This document shows, piece after piece, positions 41,690-49,891 of a DNA stretch of 64,000 nt (the stretch's first letter is position 1; every line of letters starts with the position of its first letter). The DNA lies in IMG/VR virus record IMGVR_UViG_3300020439_000005, positions 1-64,000 of that record; one strand, given 5' to 3'. Under the pieces are notes generated by a model. The model ran no database searches, was not told where the DNA came from, and saw only the letters and a list, made by a program, of their open reading frames with translations. The stretch comes from a virus. The translations under genes were made by a program, and so were the position numbers.

Positions 41690-41699
41690 GGGTATTAAC
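41690..41699 (-). promoter_or_regulatory. Class C promoter
   Basis: GTTAATACCC, 20 nt to ATG 41669. Confidence 0.65.
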
Positions 41700-41704
41700 G
41701 GAGT

Positions 41705-41738
41705 CGTAGGGAAGGGGCGTTAGCCCCTATCCCCTGCG
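41705..41738 (-). terminator. GC-rich 3' hairpin after the capsid gene (terminator or stabiliser)
   Basis: CGCAGGGGAUAGGGGC-UAAC-GCCCCUUCCCUACG. Confidence 0.5.
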
Positions 41739-41753
41739 TCCCACCGTTCAGTC

Positions 41754-42821
41754 TCAGACTGTGTTTATACCAACAAGTTCGCAGATTGCTTCGCCGTATC
41801 GGACTGCAAATGCTACGTCTTGCTTTGGTATTAGTACGAATCTGTCCTTGGTAGGTTCATCGTAGAATCCGATGGAGAACCTTCTCTCAGCCACAGTTGA
41901 GTTGCCGACTAATGGGCTTCTCACGTGTGTTAGAATTGCTGATGTGTAGGTGTCGCTTGAACCTGCGTCGGATGTACCGTCTACTGCTTGATTAACAGGG
42001 ATAACTCCTGTTGCGTAAACTCTGATACCGTAGATTCTACCGATTTCTCCGTTTAGGATAGTAGCGGCAGGTCCGTACTTGTCGACGGTCTGCAACTCAG
42101 TTAGACCGAGTAGTTGAACCTCAAGGTTTCGTGGAACGATGAATGCTAGGTCTTCCCTGTTGTCTGCGTAGACACCTAGGTTAGAGATAGCAGTTCGGAG
42201 ATTGCTTAGAGCGAATGTTCCGCTAACAGTCACGTCAGATGCGGCGGCAGACTTTCTGATACCATCAAAGGATAGAAGGTAGTCGTTCTTTTCTGAACCG
42301 CTAGTGGTTGAAATACCACCTGTGTTAGTTGAAGCGTTGTAAGCACCCATGATGTTGTCGGCAAGAGTTGATTCTGTGTCTGCGTTAAGGAACAAGTTTG
42401 CCTCATTGAAGGCTAGTCTGCTTGCTATGTCTTCACGTAGAACAGACAACAATCCTTCCACACCGTATGCTACTAGGTAGTTTCCGATTGGAATGTTTGC
42501 CATCATGGTCTTTAGTTCCAAACTAATTTCGTTTGTAGTCTGTCGGCTCTCGGTTGGAGAGTCGCCGGACTCTGTGTTGGTCAAAGTTTGGCGGTGGAAA
42601 TCAATGCTACCTGTTAACTTTGGAACCTTTACGATTCTTCGGCTCATAGGCATGGCAGGGAGAAGACTTCGCATGAAGTTTCTCTCGTAAACCAATTCAA
42701 TGATTTCTTCGGCGGTCTCGGTTGGTAGGAACGTCGCACCTGTGGAGGAAGCGGCACCTGCTAGTGCGGCTTTCACACGCTCGACGACGTCCGTAAACTC
42801 TATTGTATCACTATCAGTCAT
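41754..42821 (-). CDS. Major capsid protein, HK97 fold
   Basis: GATFLPTETAEEII, GEIGRIYGIRV, FDGI; follows protease/scaffold. Confidence 0.9.
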   Translation of the reverse strand: MTDSDTIEFTDVVERVKAALAGAASSTGATFLPTETAEEIIELVYERNFMRSLLPAMPMSRRIVKVPKLTGSIDFHRQTLTNTESGDSPTESRQTTNEISLELKTMMANIPIGNYLVAYGVEGLLSVLREDIASRLAFNEANLFLNADTESTLADNIMGAYNASTNTGGISTTSGSEKNDYLLSFDGIRKSAAASDVTVSGTFALSNLRTAISNLGVYADNREDLAFIVPRNLEVQLLGLTELQTVDKYGPAATILNGEIGRIYGIRVYATGVIPVNQAVDGTSDAGSSDTYTSAILTHVRSPLVGNSTVAERRFSIGFYDEPTKDRFVLIPKQDVAFAVRYGEAICELVGINTV

Positions 42822-42847
42822 TTTCTTTCACTTCCATTTTTTAGGTC

Positions 42848-43522
42848 TCAGACCCCTTTCCTCTCAGACAAACGGGCTTCAAGCCAACCTGCTAGGCCAG
42901 CCATCCCATCAGTCACCTGTGGTTGTGGGTCGAGTTTGGTCACTCCCGTTTTCACTTTGGGGGTGGTTGATGCGGCGGAGAGTGATTTTCTCTCTGCCTT
43001 TGGTGTAGCGATAGGTGCATCACCTACACGCTCTGCGATTCTCTTAGCGACTTCAGCCTCAATCTCCGCTTCTTGCTCTGCGGCGGCTTTCTCCTCGGTA
43101 AGAGATTGAATGGTTGCGTCTCTCTCATTGAGAGCGGCTTTGAGTTCTTCTGTCTCATCTATACGTGCGGACATAGACTGAATGGATGCGTCCATGTCTG
43201 TTAGAGACTTTACGACCTGCATTAGAACTTCAACAGTTGAAGGAAGGGCGTCTTTTTCTTCGACTTCTTCCTCAGCGTCGTCTTCGACTGCTTCGTCTTC
43301 GACTTCTTCTTCGACTTCTTCCTCGGCTTCTTCCTCAACTAATTCGTCTTCGGCTTCTTCCTCAGCGTCGTCTTCGAGTGCTTCTTCGTCTTCTGCTTCA
43401 TCCTCAGACTTGACTTGCACGTCTTCCATAACAGGAGTAGTCTCAGGAACCTCATCTGCTTCCTCAAGGAGTGTCTTCTCCTCGATTTCTTCGGTGGTGT
43501 TCTCAATGTCCTCGGTGGTCAT
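42848..43522 (-). CDS. Nested in-frame scaffolding protein (224 aa, MTTEDIEN...)
   Basis: Internal class C promoter GTTAATACCC at 43546-43555, 23 nt before in-frame ATG 43522. Confidence 0.65.
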   Translation of the reverse strand: MTTEDIENTTEEIEEKTLLEEADEVPETTPVMEDVQVKSEDEAEDEEALEDDAEEEAEDELVEEEAEEEVEEEVEDEAVEDDAEEEVEEKDALPSTVEVLMQVVKSLTDMDASIQSMSARIDETEELKAALNERDATIQSLTEEKAAAEQEAEIEAEVAKRIAERVGDAPIATPKAERKSLSAASTTPKVKTGVTKLDPQPQVTDGMAGLAGWLEARLSERKGV

Positions 43523-44512
43523 TGTCTTCTCCGATGACGAGAGGGGGGTATTAACGGATTCGCTTAGGTTGCCCTTTTGTTCGAGAGCCTCGAATGTTGC
43601 TTCAATCAAACTTAATCTATCCAAAATCTGCGATAGTGCGTCCCTCATCTTCTCATCTTCCTCATCATGATAACCCATGTCTTCGTGCTTTGCGAAGGTC
43701 AAGTAGTAATTCTCCTCATCTTCCTCGATTGCTGAAATGTGCTTCTCCTCAACTTCGACAGTTTTCTTATCACCGCAAGTGCAACTCGAACCACCGTCAC
43801 ATGACTTCTCCTCACTACGTAGCACCGTAGCATGGACCTTGGGTTCTACCTCGAAGTTTCCGTATCGGTTTGAGTCGTAAACTTCGTCGATGCTGAAATC
43901 GACATTGGCTATGTCGGATGATAGCAAAGACTTCTCGACGGAGAATAATGCTCCGGGCGACGCAGGTACGTCAACTACCGAAGTCTCTAGCCACTCAATC
44001 TCTGTGAACTTCATGTAGCATGAATCTTCATCCTTGCATTCTTTCACGGCGGCTTTTGCTATGAATCCAATTGAGAATGCCCTTAGCATTCCCTTCTGTA
44101 TCTTGCGAGTTATGTCCTTCTCGCCACTATCAATACGTGCGACGCCTATGGGTACAGAGACAGTTGAGCCATCGGGCTTCTTGAACGAACCCATGCTAAC
44201 ATCTTCCATCACACCTATGACTCCGTATGTCTTAGAGTGGTTGTACAAAATTACAGGGTTCTTTCTGTACCCTTCCCATGCTTCTATGATTGCGTCGTTA
44301 TCCACCAACTCATTATGTCTGTCTAGCATGTCGTCGTCTCCGACGTAGACAGGACCTTTGATTCGTACATCGGAGTCTTCGTCCTTTGTTGCTGACTTCA
44401 TAGTCACGAATGGAGTCTCGACTCTGTACAGAATAACGGCTTCTGATTCGTCGCCCTCTAGTGAATCAAACAGTCGATGGTCACGGATGAGCGTTGCTGA
44501 TAGCGTGTCCAT
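42848..44512 (-). CDS. Prohead protease (HK97 type) fused to acidic scaffold domain
   Basis: DRHNELV, PVILYNH, LRAFSIGF, ETSVVDVPASP; acidic coiled-coil C-terminal half. Confidence 0.9.
   Translation of the reverse strand: MDTLSATLIRDHRLFDSLEGDESEAVILYRVETPFVTMKSATKDEDSDVRIKGPVYVGDDDMLDRHNELVDNDAIIEAWEGYRKNPVILYNHSKTYGVIGVMEDVSMGSFKKPDGSTVSVPIGVARIDSGEKDITRKIQKGMLRAFSIGFIAKAAVKECKDEDSCYMKFTEIEWLETSVVDVPASPGALFSVEKSLLSSDIANVDFSIDEVYDSNRYGNFEVEPKVHATVLRSEEKSCDGGSSCTCGDKKTVEVEEKHISAIEEDEENYYLTFAKHEDMGYHDEEDEKMRDALSQILDRLSLIEATFEALEQKGNLSESVNTPLSSSEKTMTTEDIENTTEEIEEKTLLEEADEVPETTPVMEDVQVKSEDEAEDEEALEDDAEEEAEDELVEEEAEEEVEEEVEDEAVEDDAEEEVEEKDALPSTVEVLMQVVKSLTDMDASIQSMSARIDETEELKAALNERDATIQSLTEEKAAAEQEAEIEAEVAKRIAERVGDAPIATPKAERKSLSAASTTPKVKTGVTKLDPQPQVTDGMAGLAGWLEARLSERKGV
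43546..43555 (-). promoter_or_regulatory. Class C promoter inside the protease gene
   Basis: Exact GTTAATACCC match with canonical spacing. Confidence 0.65.
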
Positions 44513-44551
44513 ATCAGCCCACTTCGTAAGATGTGGTTAATGACTGTTAAG

Positions 44552-44710
44552 TTAGCCGATGAAACCATTAGAGAAGCAGTCTTCGCAGACTAAGACCCCA
44601 AACCAACGTCCATTAACAAGTGATTTCTTTCTGAAAATTGCTAGTCTATTGGAGCCGCATGTACATGACGCTTCTCCGTTTTCATTCCACGTGATTTCGT
44701 TTTCGCCCAT
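44552..44710 (-). CDS. Small zinc-ribbon protein (52 aa), not in ORF track
   Basis: MGENEITWNENGEASCTCGS...VCEDCFSNGFIG; class A promoter 21 nt upstream. Confidence 0.6.
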   Translation of the reverse strand: MGENEITWNENGEASCTCGSNRLAIFRKKSLVNGRWFGVLVCEDCFSNGFIG

Positions 44711-44731
44711 GACCTTCCGAAGAAGTTGTAC

Positions 44732-44755
44732 TATATGAATTATTCGTTTTGTGAT
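44732..44755 (-). promoter_or_regulatory. Class A promoter overlapping the end of the upstream gene
   Basis: ATCACAAAACGAATAATTCATATA. Confidence 0.7.
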
Positions 44756-45858
44756 TTACGAAGTCTTGCTTTCTCGTCGGAGATTACTTTTCTCATGTGC
44801 GATAGTCCACGGCTACCGACCATGAGCCACTTAACCTGTGCAACCACACCTGCTAGCCTATGGTCTCGATAGTGTCGGGCCGACCACGCTTCTCTGAGAC
44901 GAACTGCCTTCTCATCTGTTGGAGTTTTGACTTCTCCCATTTGCCTATGAACTTTCGATAATCGAGTAAATTGTGTATTACCTAGAATGTTCCCACCCTT
45001 TCTCCATATCTGAGGCCATTCCTCTTTCAACTTCTCAGCCTCGGCAAGAGGGAATTGGTCATACTCAGAATTACGTAGACTGACTTTTTTATTGTCTCCT
45101 CTCTTTGGGAAGTTAGTCACATGGCTAGACTTTTCTTTGTCTGCACATGAAGTCTCACACATCGAGCGAGCGACTGCTATTGCTTGGTCTCTTTCGTACC
45201 CATCTTCGTCAATGAGTTCACCTATCTTACGACTGACGCATTCATCATAGGTCTCTGTTGCCTGTCTACATTTTGGACCCTTCTCAACTTTCTTCGACTT
45301 ACTAGACTGAGGGTGTCCGGCAGGTAGTAGGTCGGTGTCGTGCTTACCACCACGGAACCTTCCGTTCCTTAGAGCATAGAGAAAACTGTTTACCCTAGCG
45401 TAGGCCCATTGTTCAGCCGAAGTGACGGTTGGTCGGACACTACCCGGATTCGTCTGATACGCCCCAACTCCCCGGTCGAAGACGGCACTCAACGTACGTA
45501 CGTTGGTTCTCTTGCTCGCCACGTTGCCGACATCGGCGTTATGTTTCTCCGCTTTCTCCTTGAGGACTTTCTTTACTGCGGCACTTGCTTTCTCCTCACC
45601 TTTAGTCTCGGGCTTCTTGATTTTCCGTAGCATCTTCCTCCTCACCGCTACGTTCCTATCGCTACGGGTGTACGTACCATCTTCGTTATTGATGTAAACA
45701 CGAACGATACCAACCTGTTCTGTTTGAGAAGCCTCGATAGTTTCGGTACCACCACTAGAAGTCACGACTTGGTGTTTACCTGCATTATTCATGCTGACTA
45801 ATGAGCCAACGTAGCGTCCTTTTCTCGTCGCCCAACTTACGAAGTCACCTGCATTCAT
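44740..45858 (-). CDS. Multi-module basic head-associated protein
   Basis: N-terminal Tudor-like GDFVSW, SAEQWAYARVNSFL..HDTDLLP module, DQAIAVARSM module; between portal and protease. Confidence 0.55.
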   Translation of the reverse strand: MNAGDFVSWATRKGRYVGSLVSMNNAGKHQVVTSSGGTETIEASQTEQVGIVRVYINNEDGTYTRSDRNVAVRRKMLRKIKKPETKGEEKASAAVKKVLKEKAEKHNADVGNVASKRTNVRTLSAVFDRGVGAYQTNPGSVRPTVTSAEQWAYARVNSFLYALRNGRFRGGKHDTDLLPAGHPQSSKSKKVEKGPKCRQATETYDECVSRKIGELIDEDGYERDQAIAVARSMCETSCADKEKSSHVTNFPKRGDNKKVSLRNSEYDQFPLAEAEKLKEEWPQIWRKGGNILGNTQFTRLSKVHRQMGEVKTPTDEKAVRLREAWSARHYRDHRLAGVVAQVKWLMVGSRGLSHMRKVISDEKARLRKSQNE

Positions 45859-46286
45859 GGTATGTACACCTTCCTTATTCTTTTTCTTAATGCTAGAGTC
45901 ATCTGTCCTTTGCCCGAGAGTGCTTTTGTTTTCATTCTCAAATGAGTTTGGAATACGGCAGTACGTAGGTACGCTCTAGGAGGGAAGGGAGCGAAGTCAG
46001 TTCGACCATACTCCACGACACCTGCATACTGAACATTGAGATTACCATATCGGACTTCTTTTGCTCGACGGTATTTGCTGATTGCCCGTCTCGACATAAC
46101 GATGCGGCCCGACGCCTTTAGTGCCCCTGTCTGTACAGGCACTAGATGTTGAGAGCGTTTGAGAATCTCCTTTGCTATCTTATCGGTAAAAGGTTCGCTA
46201 AAGTCTTCATTGATAGAAGCCGAGAGCATCTCGAAGTCTTTGGCGGCCTTCCACATTCCGGTTTCGACTTTTGCATACTTTCTCAT
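45855..46286 (-). CDS. HK97 gp10-like neck/tail completion protein
   Basis: VPVQTGALKAS, YAGVVEYG, PRAYLRTA. Confidence 0.75.
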   Translation of the reverse strand: MRKYAKVETGMWKAAKDFEMLSASINEDFSEPFTDKIAKEILKRSQHLVPVQTGALKASGRIVMSRRAISKYRRAKEVRYGNLNVQYAGVVEYGRTDFAPFPPRAYLRTAVFQTHLRMKTKALSGKGQMTLALRKRIRKVYIP

Positions 46287-47770
46287 GCTAAGTCCTCGCC
46301 ATTCTCAATACCGAGAAGGCGGTAGTCGACTAATTCTTCCATGTCGAAAATAATACCTTCTTCTATCATATCTTGAGCCGCTTCTTCTGTTGACTGTTCT
46401 TCGGGTGCTTCACCGCCTCCGTCTTCAACACGTCCTTTGTTGATAGCCAACTTCGGGCTGAGATAGAATGGGTCGCTTGCATCATCATTGTCTAGTAATG
46501 GCTCAAGACCTAACACTTCTCTAGCCTCATTGATACTGATTGCTGATTCCTGTCTTAGGTTCGATATAGCCTGTGAGCGTAGGCGGAATGTGTCTGCTCT
46601 CTCACTCTCACGTGAAGGTCGTATTGTGTTGAACTTGACTCTCCAATCTGTGATACCTAGTAGGGGGAGTAGTTTGTTATTGATTGCTGAGGATAACCTG
46701 TGGTGATAAGATTCGACTACGTCATACCATGCGTCTAACTGTTGCTCGGGGTTAGCCAACTTGCCCGTCTGAACCCATCCTAGTTTCATTGGTGGAATAC
46801 CAAAGACTGCACAAATCTCCTCTCGGTAGTAGTATAGTAGGTCTAACTGTTGACCTTCTTTGGTCGAGTCGATAAGACGGTGCATATTGAATCCCGAGCC
46901 ACCGTTGATTGCTACTAGGCCAAATGGTGATTTGCCCGAAGTCAATTGTTGCTCAAGAAGTGAAAGCATGGCTTTCATTTCGCTATTTGATATGTCGCCT
47001 ACGTTAAGGATTGTCTTAGGTAGGGTGCCTGTATAGAGTTCGTTTAGGTAGTTGCTCAAGTTCATTTGACCTGCGATTGTATTCAATAACGGGATGAGTG
47101 GGGAAGTTCCGTAGCCACGACCATGTTTGAACTTCGAGATGTGCAGAATCTTATTGCTAGCGAACCTACGCTTCTCCTTTCGTATCTCTTGTATGTAGGC
47201 CATGGCCGGTGGGTCGGGTCGCTGATTGCCCGGTAGTAGTTTGATTGTCTCAGCAGGTACAGGCCATACGCTCACTAGGTCGCCGCCGAATATCCAATCT
47301 TGACCATTCGCTCTGCTTTTGTCTTCGCTACCATCTAACTCAAGGTATGCGTCTCCGAATAATGCTAGGTCATAGACTAGAGCCTCTAGCCATTCGTCGC
47401 CCATGTCGTCGGGATTAGGTTCTCTAAAGAACTCTTGAAGTCTCCTTAGTTGACCCTCATCTCCTTGCTCGATGCCGGAGGCTAGTCCGAACTCGTAGCC
47501 ATTTGCTAGAACGTCATCAACGGTCCTACGTAGGATTGCATTTACCACTTCGGACTTCATCGAAATGTCTCGAATCAAATGATATGATACATTGGTATCT
47601 GCACCGGAAGAAGCCGCTCTCTTTGCTGAGACTGTTGCTATCCGAGATAGAGATGCGAGGGTTTTACCGTCCCACGGCATGTCTGTCTTAGATGTTGGAG
47701 TTGCTACTGCCTCGGCCTTCACATCACGGCTCCGGCGGAAGAATGGAAATCGCCTACGCTCGTCAGCCAT
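46283..47770 (-). CDS. Portal protein (HK97 family)
   Basis: LALFGDAYLE, YGTSPL, EEICAVFGIPPMKLG, INEAREVLGLEP. Confidence 0.92.
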   Translation of the reverse strand: MADERRRFPFFRRSRDVKAEAVATPTSKTDMPWDGKTLASLSRIATVSAKRAASSGADTNVSYHLIRDISMKSEVVNAILRRTVDDVLANGYEFGLASGIEQGDEGQLRRLQEFFREPNPDDMGDEWLEALVYDLALFGDAYLELDGSEDKSRANGQDWIFGGDLVSVWPVPAETIKLLPGNQRPDPPAMAYIQEIRKEKRRFASNKILHISKFKHGRGYGTSPLIPLLNTIAGQMNLSNYLNELYTGTLPKTILNVGDISNSEMKAMLSLLEQQLTSGKSPFGLVAINGGSGFNMHRLIDSTKEGQQLDLLYYYREEICAVFGIPPMKLGWVQTGKLANPEQQLDAWYDVVESYHHRLSSAINNKLLPLLGITDWRVKFNTIRPSRESERADTFRLRSQAISNLRQESAISINEAREVLGLEPLLDNDDASDPFYLSPKLAINKGRVEDGGGEAPEEQSTEEAAQDMIEEGIIFDMEELVDYRLLGIENGEDLA

Positions 47771-47914
47771 GACCATTCCTCATGGGTCGTGGGTTTTCAC
47801 TTTGTCGCTTTAACAGTAATGGCGTCTATCTTACAACAGACGCACCATTCGGGGTGGGGTTCACCCAACGAAGCGCAAGAATCCACAGGTCCATTTAAGC
47901 AATACTTGAAGTGA

Positions 47915-48166
47915 TTACTCTTTGCCGTCATCTTTCTCAGATTCCTTTTTCGCCTTTCGCTCGTCGATGAGTTCGTCTATCTCATCCTTAGCGTCTTCGA
48001 CTTTGTCGACGGCTTCTTCGACTGCATCAAGAACTTCTCCGAGTTCTAATTTGCCGTCTGCTTTGAGTTGTTGGTACTTACGGGCACCCCATATTCCAAG
48101 GGGTACGAGTACGGCCAAAATACCTAGGACTAGAATCGCATCGTCGGTTGTTAGACCCTCAAGCAT
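47915..48166 (-). CDS. Small single-TM protein with EF-hand-like ADGKLELGE (holin-like?)
   Basis: N-terminal TM helix, charged tail. Confidence 0.55.
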   Translation of the reverse strand: MLEGLTTDDAILVLGILAVLVPLGIWGARKYQQLKADGKLELGEVLDAVEEAVDKVEDAKDEIDELIDERKAKKESEKDDGKE

Positions 48167-48207
48167 GTTAGTACCGTAGCGGTAGGTGGTATTTGACGAT
48201 GTTCCTT

Positions 48208-48500
48208 ATGAGAAATTGAGAAGATACCGACCAATCTCACCCCGAACAGGAGTGGACTTAGGGGCCTCCGCCCCCAACGAGGCACCCGAGGTCATCGGGC
48301 GTGTAGACCCTCGCAGGTCGGGTAAGTGCCACGTGCTTATTCCAAATAGGGACGACCCTTTGTCGAATGGTACTAACTACAACATTAGTCCTTCACACTA
48401 GGCTCAGAGAGGGATTTTCGTTATTTTGACCCCCGCATTTCAAGAGCAGGGACTCCGGCCTTCATGGTGGTGTGTGTTCAGTACACCACCGCACTTACAT
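48208..48500 (-). ncRNA. Putative ~290-nt highly structured non-coding RNA
   Basis: Class A promoter followed by ATG-TAA (no substantial ORF); about ten helices, with G-U pairs favouring the minus strand. Confidence 0.65.
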
Positions 48501-48520
48501 TTGAGCGGACAGGGTGTACC

Positions 48521-48543
48521 TATATGAAGTTATCGTTTTGTGT
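48521..48543 (-). promoter_or_regulatory. Class A promoter driving a non-coding region
   Basis: ACACAAAACGATAACTTCATATA. Confidence 0.7.
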
Positions 48544-48894
48544 TTATCTCTTTCCACCGAAGTATTCGGTAGCGTGTCCTTCGTCAATCAGAACCTTGTT
48601 GATATTACGACCGCTAGTAGTTTTGAGTTCGCCTAAGCATCTCCCGTACTTTCCTACCCCGTGTGACTTAACGATGATACGTCCGTCCTTACATAGTTCT
48701 TCCAATCTTTCCTTTGCGGCAAGACCACGGATTTTTTCTTCCTTGTCTCTAGTCCGAGATTCGGGAGCGTTGAGTCCGTACAAACGAACTCTCACGTTGA
48801 AGTGTACTTTGAATCCTAAGTCAACCCTTACGTCGACTGTGTCTCCGTCTACGACTCGCAATACGTCTGCGTAGTATTCCCACATGGAAATCAC
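48544..48894 (-). CDS. Thermonuclease (staphylococcal nuclease family)
   Basis: RVVDGDTVD, RVRLYGLNAPES, GKYGRCLG. Confidence 0.9.
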   Translation of the reverse strand: MISMWEYYADVLRVVDGDTVDVRVDLGFKVHFNVRVRLYGLNAPESRTRDKEEKIRGLAAKERLEELCKDGRIIVKSHGVGKYGRCLGELKTTSGRNINKVLIDEGHATEYFGGKR

Positions 48895-49352
48895 TTGTCG
48901 GATTTCTTCTTTGGTGGAGTTGCAGTTGGATTCGCTTTCGCTCCTGTTGCTACTGAGTTAGTTCCGGTCACACCAAACGCTTCCATGTTTAGTTCGTGAG
49001 CCTTAGCCATCTCCTCCATCTTTAGGTCATGCTCTAACTTAATCTTCTCAAGCATTCGGGAGTGTTCCTCGATTGCCTCAGCAGACTTTACATCTGAGTT
49101 TAATTGGTCGGGTAGAATGTTGATTTTAGCAGATTCTTTTCCTTTGAACAGGTCGAGTACAGAAGTTATGATTAGAAGGGCCGGACCACCTAGGAGACCA
49201 ATAACAGTCAACTGACTGTCTGTTATGTCCCTCTCTTGTACAATAGAGAAGTAGGAAGCGAGAGCCGCTATCATAACCCACATGATTACAACCATGAATC
49301 CGAATATCAACATCAATTTCTCATTCGGGTTGGTCATTTTAACGGATGCCAT
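48891..49352 (-). CDS. Two-TM membrane protein with coiled-coil tail
   Basis: Two hydrophobic helices; start MASVK at 49352 fits promoter spacing, but an upstream start is possible. Confidence 0.6.
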   Translation of the reverse strand: MASVKMTNPNEKLMLIFGFMVVIMWVMIAALASYFSIVQERDITDSQLTVIGLLGGPALLIITSVLDLFKGKESAKINILPDQLNSDVKSAEAIEEHSRMLEKIKLEHDLKMEEMAKAHELNMEAFGVTGTNSVATGAKANPTATPPKKKSDK

Positions 49353-49471
49353 GCCTTTGAACCGAAAAAGCAGGTTCTTTACGGATTGGGTGCAAAAGTA
49401 TATAGTCGTCCATCCCATATAGAAGGCCGCAGTCCCCAAACCGGCGAGGAATAAAACCGTCATCCATGTCC

Positions 49472-49618
49472 CTACGAATCCTTCCGTTTCAACCACCTCT
49501 GAAATCTGTAATTCAATCGGTAGACCAATTCGTTCAATCCTCCGAGAATGGCAATCCCACTTAGACAAAATAAAGTGGTCATTAGACCCATACCGCAAGC
49601 ATCGAAAATATCAGACAT
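49472..49618 (-). CDS. Possible 48-aa membrane peptide
   Basis: MSDIFDACGMGLMTTLFCLSGIAILGGL...; starts just after the upstream stop. Confidence 0.35.
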   Translation of the reverse strand: MSDIFDACGMGLMTTLFCLSGIAILGGLNELVYRLNYRFQRWLKRKDS

Positions 49619-49619
49619 A

Positions 49620-49859
49620 CTACATCATCATTGGAAGACCCATTGAAGCAACAATGAGACCCATGATGTAAAGTCCGTATTTCTTAAGGACGTCCTTAAT
49701 TTCAGATACAAAGGATTCTACATTTGAAAGCCGTTGGTCAATTGATTGCATCTCTAATTTCATTGTCGACATGTCTTTTTCGACATGGAAAAGGTGGTTA
49801 TCTCGGAGCGTCTTCACGTCGTCCACTAACACCTGCAACAAATCGGGGTCCTCACCCAT
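49620..49859 (-). CDS. Coiled-coil protein with C-terminal TM helix
   Basis: NHLFHVE..coiled coil..YGLYIMGLIVASMGL; start 49859 fits promoter spacing. Confidence 0.6.
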   Translation of the reverse strand: MGEDPDLLQVLVDDVKTLRDNHLFHVEKDMSTMKLEMQSIDQRLSNVESFVSEIKDVLKKYGLYIMGLIVASMGLPMMM

Positions 49860-49891
49860 GGAGACCACGAATGTTCTATGGTTATTGACTA

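Noticed and set aside
43182-43670. Ser-rich plus-strand ORF (also 55635-55925)
   Set aside because: Antisense of Glu/Asp-rich coding regions
47795-47914. Short gap with small hairpins (GCGTCT/AGACGC) and a 22-codon ORF
   Set aside because: Too short and weak to call; probably a 3' UTR structure
48208-48500. SRP RNA, RNase P RNA or group I intron
   Set aside because: Diagnostic conserved motifs were not found on either strand, and no interrupted gene flanks it
48186-48874. Plus-strand ORFs 48186-48401 and 48464-48874
   Set aside because: Against the local gene direction, no recognisable motifs, and they overlap the nuclease gene or the structured region
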